The position numbers and the translations under genes are program-made. DNA of 64,000 nucleotides from Fibrobacterota bacterium (GTDB taxonomy: Bacteria; Fibrobacterota; Fibrobacteria; UBA11236): the NCBI GenBank assembly GCA_043753995.1, contig JAYUVP010000304.1, positions 15,032-79,031 on the forward strand. Direction: 5' to 3'. Below are positions 58,994 to 64,000 of this stretch, one piece after another. Below the pieces are notes generated by a model. It had not been told where the DNA came from. It saw only the letters and a program-made list of their open reading frames with translations, and made no database searches. How positions within the stretch are numbered: the stretch's first letter is position 1; each line of letters opens with the position of its first letter.

Positions 58994-60157
58994 ATGCTAG
59001 ACGCTGCTTCGGTTGGGCAAGGCAAAGGCTCGAAAAAAGTCTTAAGCATTGTGGTTCCCTGCTATAACGAAGAGGCGACCTTGGCCAAGTGTCTGGATCG
59101 CGTCGTCGAGCTTCAGGACGAAGATTTGGAATTGGAAATCCTCATCGTCAATGATTGCTCCCGCGACAACAGTCAGCAAATTGCCGAAAGCTACGCTGCC
59201 TCCCATCCGCGCTATAGAATCAAGGTCCTCAAACACGAAGTCAACCAAGGCAAAGGCGCGGCCCTGCATACTGGTTTTCGCAGTGCCACCGGGGATTTCG
59301 TTGCCATTCAAGACGCCGATTTAGAATACAATCCGATGGAATTACGACGCTTAGTGGCCCCTCTCGCGGCCAATGAAGCCGACGTGGTTATTGGATCGAG
59401 ATTTTTGTCGGGTGGAGCGCATCGAGTCCTTTATTTTTGGCATTCCCTGGGCAATCGGTTTTTGACCTTGCTCTCGAATATGTTGACCGATGTAAACCTT
59501 TCCGACATGGAAACCTGCTATAAAGTTTTCCGCCGGGACGTCATTCAAAGCCTGGATCTTCGCGAAAAGCGATTTGGATTTGAGCCCGAAGTGGTGGCCA
59601 AAATCGCCCAGAAGCGTTTGCGCATTTATGAAATGGGCATCAGCTATTTCGGGCGCACCTATGCCGAAGGCAAGAAAATCGGCATGAAGGACGGCTTTCG
59701 CGCCCTTTACTGCATCTTGAAATACAATTTGCCCAAGGTTCCCGCTCCGATTCAGTTCGTGTTTTACGTCCTTATCGGCGGTTTTTCGGCCCTCGTGAAT
59801 TTGGCGGTTTTCTTAGGTCTTTTCCATTCCGGTGTTTCGACCTTGCCTGCCGCCTTGATCGCTTTTGGGCTCGCGGCCATTGTCAATTATGTGCTTTCCG
59901 TGGCCATCCTTTTCCGCCGAGCAGCTCAATGGGGCAAAACTCAAGAACTCCTCATTTATGCCCTAGTTGTAGTTGTGCTGGGGTTGATCGACTCCTATGG
60001 CACCAAGGTCATGGTCGGGGCGGGTTCTTCTCCCATGGCAGCCAAACTTTTGGCCACCGGTGTTGGCCTCATTCTCAACTTTCTAGCCCGCAAGTATTTT
60101 GTGTTCTATGAAAAGGCTAACCCTGATTGGAAGCCACAATCCTCGAATGCAGCCTGA
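58994..60157 (+). CDS. GT2 glycosyltransferase fused to a GtrA-like domain
   Basis: PCYNE, NQGKG, QDADLEY and DMETCYK motifs; C-terminal 4 TM segment. Confidence 0.9.
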   Translation: MLDAASVGQGKGSKKVLSIVVPCYNEEATLAKCLDRVVELQDEDLELEILIVNDCSRDNSQQIAESYAASHPRYRIKVLKHEVNQGKGAALHTGFRSATGDFVAIQDADLEYNPMELRRLVAPLAANEADVVIGSRFLSGGAHRVLYFWHSLGNRFLTLLSNMLTDVNLSDMETCYKVFRRDVIQSLDLREKRFGFEPEVVAKIAQKRLRIYEMGISYFGRTYAEGKKIGMKDGFRALYCILKYNLPKVPAPIQFVFYVLIGGFSALVNLAVFLGLFHSGVSTLPAALIAFGLAAIVNYVLSVAILFRRAAQWGKTQELLIYALVVVVLGLIDSYGTKVMVGAGSSPMAAKLLATGVGLILNFLARKYFVFYEKANPDWKPQSSNAA

Positions 60158-60179
60158 AGTCTCACTAAGGATTACCTCT

Positions 60180-60869
60180 ATGAATTCAGCAGTGAAACGA
60201 GGACTATTCACCGTCCTTTTGGTTTTGGCGGTCTGGGGTGGACGGGTCTGGGCTCAGGGCCTTCCCACCGCTTTGCATGACGAGCAATTTTTCAAAGGCG
60301 AAGCCCTTTTGCTGCATGCAACCATGGATACGGGATCCATTTTCAATGGAGGTTATCCCATCGACTCCAGTGGTTACGCTGACCTACCCATTATCGGCAG
60401 GGTGGAAGTCGCGGGGCATGGCCGCGATGAAGTCGAGGCCTTTATCAGCGCGAAGCTGGCCAATTATTTAAGAGATACCCACATCAAGGTCACGCCCGCG
60501 ATTCGCTTGACCTTGCTGGGCCATTGGATGCGCCCAGGCCAGTATTATGTCAGTCCTCATGCAACCCTTTTTGAAGCGGTCCTTCCCGCAGGAGGCATTG
60601 CCGGAGAAAGAACTCTGGATGAGATCTTGGTGCAGCGCGGCGAAATCAATACCGGCATTCGTTTCCTGACCCTTTATTCGAACCTCACCACCATTGCCCA
60701 ATCCGGCATTCGATCCGGCGATATTGTCATCGTACCCGTGCCTCGGGATAATACCGGATTTTGGTATTGGATGAACCAGTCGATATCCCTCACGGCCCAA
60801 ATTGCCACCATTGCCGGAGCGGTGCTTACGGCCTATGTGACCTATATGCTTATCCAAGAGCGGAACTGA
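60180..60869 (+). CDS. Polysaccharide export protein (Wza/SLBB-like)
   Basis: IDSSG...LP.IG.V.VAG, PGQY, AGG and SGD.V.VP motifs. Confidence 0.8.
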   Translation: MNSAVKRGLFTVLLVLAVWGGRVWAQGLPTALHDEQFFKGEALLLHATMDTGSIFNGGYPIDSSGYADLPIIGRVEVAGHGRDEVEAFISAKLANYLRDTHIKVTPAIRLTLLGHWMRPGQYYVSPHATLFEAVLPAGGIAGERTLDEILVQRGEINTGIRFLTLYSNLTTIAQSGIRSGDIVIVPVPRDNTGFWYWMNQSISLTAQIATIAGAVLTAYVTYMLIQERN

Positions 60870-60873
60870 TTCC

Positions 60874-61917
60874 GTGAATAGGGATGTCATGGATGTGAGT
60901 GATTTGCCGAATAGCGAATCCCTGCGAGCCTTCTCTTTGTCCCATCCCCAGTCGACTTGGTGCCAGGATCCAGGTTGGATGCATGCCTTTGCCGTGGCCT
61001 ATGGCCTCAAATCCCAATGCTTTACCTTGAAGACGCCCCAGCAAGAAGTGCTGGGGTGGATGGGTGCCATGAAGGTGGGCAATGCCTTGCTCGGTAAGCG
61101 CTGGGTTTCCTTGCCTTTCATGGATTATGGCGGCCCTTTGGCTGCGAGCCCTGAAAATGAAGGCCGATTAATTGAGGCATTTCTTGGCCTCGGCAAAAAA
61201 GATGGCCTTGCTTGCGAAATCAGGAGTTTGTCACCTCTGGCGGGTCGAGCGAAACCCAAGCAAGAAAAAGTGGCGATGCTGCTGGATTTGCAGGCCACCA
61301 CCTATGATGCCTGGTGGAAAAAGCTGGATGCCAAGGTGCGCAATCAGGTGCGCAAAGCCGAAAAATCCCAGGTCACCATGAAGTGGGGTGGGCGGGATCA
61401 ACTCGATGCGTTTTACGATGTCTTTACGGTGAATATGCGTGACCTGGGCTCGCCGGTTCACTCCAAAAAGCTTTTCGAAGCCATTTTGCAATTCGTGCCT
61501 CATTGCGAAATCGGCACGGCTTGGCGCGAAGGGCGATGCATTGGCGGACTATTTCGAGTGATGTGGGCGGGAACTCTGGTTATTCCCTGGGCCTCGACCC
61601 TGCGCGAAGAGCGCGTGCATTGTCCCAATAATGCCCTTTATCACGCTAGCATAGAGACGGCCTTTTCACGTGGGCTCAAGCGAGTGGATTTCGGTCGCAG
61701 CACCAAGGAAGAGGGTACTTACCGATTCAAGCTGCAATGGCTGGCCCAAGAGCATGAGCTTCCCTGGTATCCATTCGACAAGGCAGGCCAACCCATCTCC
61801 GCGGTGGCTCATCTGGGGTCGGGTGGAATGGCTTCCATAGCAAAGGTATGGAGTCGGCTTCCCGTGAGCTGGGCTACCCTTATTGGCCCCCATATCCGCA
61901 AAGACATCGCCGCCTAA
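60874..61917 (+). CDS. FemAB-like GNAT protein of EPS loci
   Basis: SLPF.DYGG, RNQVRKA.K, MRDLG.PV and DFGRS...GTYRFK motifs. Confidence 0.85.
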   Translation: MNRDVMDVSDLPNSESLRAFSLSHPQSTWCQDPGWMHAFAVAYGLKSQCFTLKTPQQEVLGWMGAMKVGNALLGKRWVSLPFMDYGGPLAASPENEGRLIEAFLGLGKKDGLACEIRSLSPLAGRAKPKQEKVAMLLDLQATTYDAWWKKLDAKVRNQVRKAEKSQVTMKWGGRDQLDAFYDVFTVNMRDLGSPVHSKKLFEAILQFVPHCEIGTAWREGRCIGGLFRVMWAGTLVIPWASTLREERVHCPNNALYHASIETAFSRGLKRVDFGRSTKEEGTYRFKLQWLAQEHELPWYPFDKAGQPISAVAHLGSGGMASIAKVWSRLPVSWATLIGPHIRKDIAA

Positions 61918-62065
61918 TTTCCAGGACAAAGCTGGTTTATTTGCAAAATTCCTACTTTTAAGGGTACCAAAACGGAAGTAGTTGGGTCAAATTCCTCCGA
62001 CTTGTGGGATGGCGATATCCTATTAGCCGCGCTAATATTTTGTCGGCCGATCAAGTTGGAAGGAA

Positions 62066-62695
62066 GTGAAAGTCATGGAAGCGGAAATTCCGGATAGAGC
62101 GAAGCTCGGAGAATACCTACTTCAGTACCAATCGATAACTTTTCGAACCTTGGTGTATGAAGACGCCATGCGTTATAAGCGATTGAAGAATGCTTTGTTT
62201 GCTACGGGCTTCTGGGCGGTTTTCATCTATCGGCTATCGCATCTATGTTATCGCCGAGGTTTCAATCCTGTTGGAATGCTACTGCAGTTTTTCAACCAAA
62301 TGGTTTTCAGATGTGAAATAAGCCGAAAAGCCATTATTGGTCCGGCGCTTGCCATTTTCCACTGCAATGATATTTTCATAGCGCCCTATGTCATACTTGG
62401 CAGCAAAACCACGGTGGGCTCGGGGGTGTTTATCGCCTCCAACAACAAACCATTTGATCCGGCCGACTATCCATGGATCGACGACGGGGTTTCTTTTTAT
62501 GCGGGAGCAAAGGTGTTAGGCCCCATCGTCATCGGCAAATACTCTTCGATTGCGCCCAATGCGGTTGTCATGAAGAATATCCCCTCCTTTTCGACGGTCA
62601 TGCCTCCTAATTGCATGATTATTCAGCGAGACAAGTGGAAAAATCTCAAGGGTATCGGGCAGCCTCCTAATTTAGACGAGCAGCCTCCAGGATAG
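62066..62695 (+). CDS. Serine O-acetyltransferase-like hexapeptide-repeat acetyltransferase
   Basis: YRLSH, A.IGP.L.I.H and GAKVLGPI.IG motifs. Confidence 0.8.
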   Translation: MKVMEAEIPDRAKLGEYLLQYQSITFRTLVYEDAMRYKRLKNALFATGFWAVFIYRLSHLCYRRGFNPVGMLLQFFNQMVFRCEISRKAIIGPALAIFHCNDIFIAPYVILGSKTTVGSGVFIASNNKPFDPADYPWIDDGVSFYAGAKVLGPIVIGKYSSIAPNAVVMKNIPSFSTVMPPNCMIIQRDKWKNLKGIGQPPNLDEQPPG

Positions 62696-62702
62696 GATTG
62701 TC

Positions 62703-63527
62703 ATGAAAATTCAATTTGTAAGTTTGTTTGCTTTGGCGTTTTCTTTTTTCGCTTGCCAATCAAGCGATAAACCCAATGGACCAGTCGTTATGGACAGCCA
62801 ACTCAAGCACAGTATCGAAGTCTTGCAGAAATCCAGCATTTATTTTGGCCACCAGTCAGTAGGCGCCGATATCCTTGGCGGCATTCGCATGCTGACGGAG
62901 CCGGCAGATGCACCCAAACTGAATGTGGTCGAATACTCCAAAGGTGCTGAAATCCCCGATCAAGTCTTCCTGCATAGCTTTATCGGAAAGAATACCCAGC
63001 CTAAAACCAAATGCGAAGATTTTGCCGGCACCTTGCGGGCCATCGCCCCGAAGCAAGTGGACTTGGCCATCATCAAGTTTTGTTACATCGACTTCAACGG
63101 CAATACTGACGTCAATGCATTATTCGGTGAATACCAAAACCTGGTCAATGGGTTAAAGGTAGAGCATCCGGCCACGACCTTTGTCCATGTCACCGTGCCG
63201 CTCAAGGCTGACGAAGGGCTGAAAGGCGTTTTGAAAAAACTTATGGGCAAGGGCGATGGAGATTTGGAAAATGTCAAGCGTGGCCAATACAATGCCATGA
63301 TGCTAAAAACCTTCGTGAATGAACCCATCTTCGATCTCGCAAAGTATGAGTCCACGCGACCGAACGGTAATCGAGATGAATTCACCTATGAAGGCGCGAC
63401 CTTCCATCGTCTCGCCAAAACTTATACCGATGACGGCGGGCATTTGAACCAGGTGGGCAAGCCTTATATTTCCAAGGAATTTCTCAATTTTTTGGCCGGC
63501 GTGCTTGAAGCGAAACAATCCAAATGA
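62703..63527 (+). CDS. SGNH-like lipoprotein
   Basis: Lipobox FFAC; FGHQSVG, KFCYID and DGGHLN motifs. Confidence 0.65.
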   Translation: MKIQFVSLFALAFSFFACQSSDKPNGPVVMDSQLKHSIEVLQKSSIYFGHQSVGADILGGIRMLTEPADAPKLNVVEYSKGAEIPDQVFLHSFIGKNTQPKTKCEDFAGTLRAIAPKQVDLAIIKFCYIDFNGNTDVNALFGEYQNLVNGLKVEHPATTFVHVTVPLKADEGLKGVLKKLMGKGDGDLENVKRGQYNAMMLKTFVNEPIFDLAKYESTRPNGNRDEFTYEGATFHRLAKTYTDDGGHLNQVGKPYISKEFLNFLAGVLEAKQSK

Positions 63528-63537
63528 TTGAGAATGC

Positions 63538-64000
63538 ATGAATGTTCTTTATATAGCTAAGGCCTCTTTGATTGGCGGCGAAGAGCGCTGCATGCAAACC
63601 CTTTTGCAGGGCCTTCCCGGAACCGGAGTCCATCCTTTCGCAATTTGCCCGACCGAGGATGGGCCTCTTCCCGACATTTTCCGCGGCATGGGCGTGCCGA
63701 CGACGGTACGTGATTTGTCGGTACCTGCGGTGAGCAGGCCGTGGAGTACGCTCAAGGATATTCTCTGGCTGCGAGCCTTCATCAAGAAAAACAATATCGA
63801 ACTCGTTCATGTGAATGGTTCCATCACGGCCCGCAAGGTGGTTTTGGCCACGCGCTCGGCCGGAATTCCCCTGATTTGCCATATCCATTATCCCCTGGAT
63901 CACGACTATTACCGTTGGGTTTTTCGCAGGTTTCCCGTGCCCAATGCCTTGATCTTTGTCTGCGATGATTTGCAGAGAGAGTTGGGAGGATTGCTCAAGG
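63538..64000 (+). CDS. GT4 glycosyltransferase, truncated by the window end
   Basis: Manual translation MNVLYIAKASLIGGEERCMQTLL...IELVHVN; open to the window edge. Confidence 0.75.
   Translation, partial: MNVLYIAKASLIGGEERCMQTLLQGLPGTGVHPFAICPTEDGPLPDIFRGMGVPTTVRDLSVPAVSRPWSTLKDILWLRAFIKKNNIELVHVNGSITARKVVLATRSAGIPLICHIHYPLDHDYYRWVFRRFPVPNALIFVCDDLQRELGGLLK

Overview
Bacterial chromosomal window. Three tandem outer-membrane barrels and several lipoprotein/adhesin genes look Fibrobacterota-like (inference). Host regions hold a probable unsaturated-uronate catabolic cluster (10-18 kb), a MarR-pirin pair, glycan genes, a detached nuoJKLMN operon and the start of an EPS locus. The main discovery is an ~18.7 kb island (19233-37950) integrated inside the pirin gene. 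It supplies a replacement 3' three-quarters of the gene and displaces the other allele's 3' fragment to 37921-38460. Its right junction is a near-palindromic 11-6-11 tyrosine-recombinase-type site. The island core is an XRE repressor, a small DUF5659-like ORF, a CHC2-Toprim primase fused to a P-loop ATPase, iteron-like repeats and two tandem Xer-like recombinases. Downstream lie two composite sites, each made of two inverted dif-like sites (6-bp and 7-bp spacers) able to fold into an ssDNA hairpin with a bulged base. The composites face opposite ways and separate small single-gene segments, suggesting a CTX-attP/integron-like ssDNA cassette system. The island also carries a putative toxin-immunity pair. 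All assignments come from reading the sequence by eye; no searches were run.
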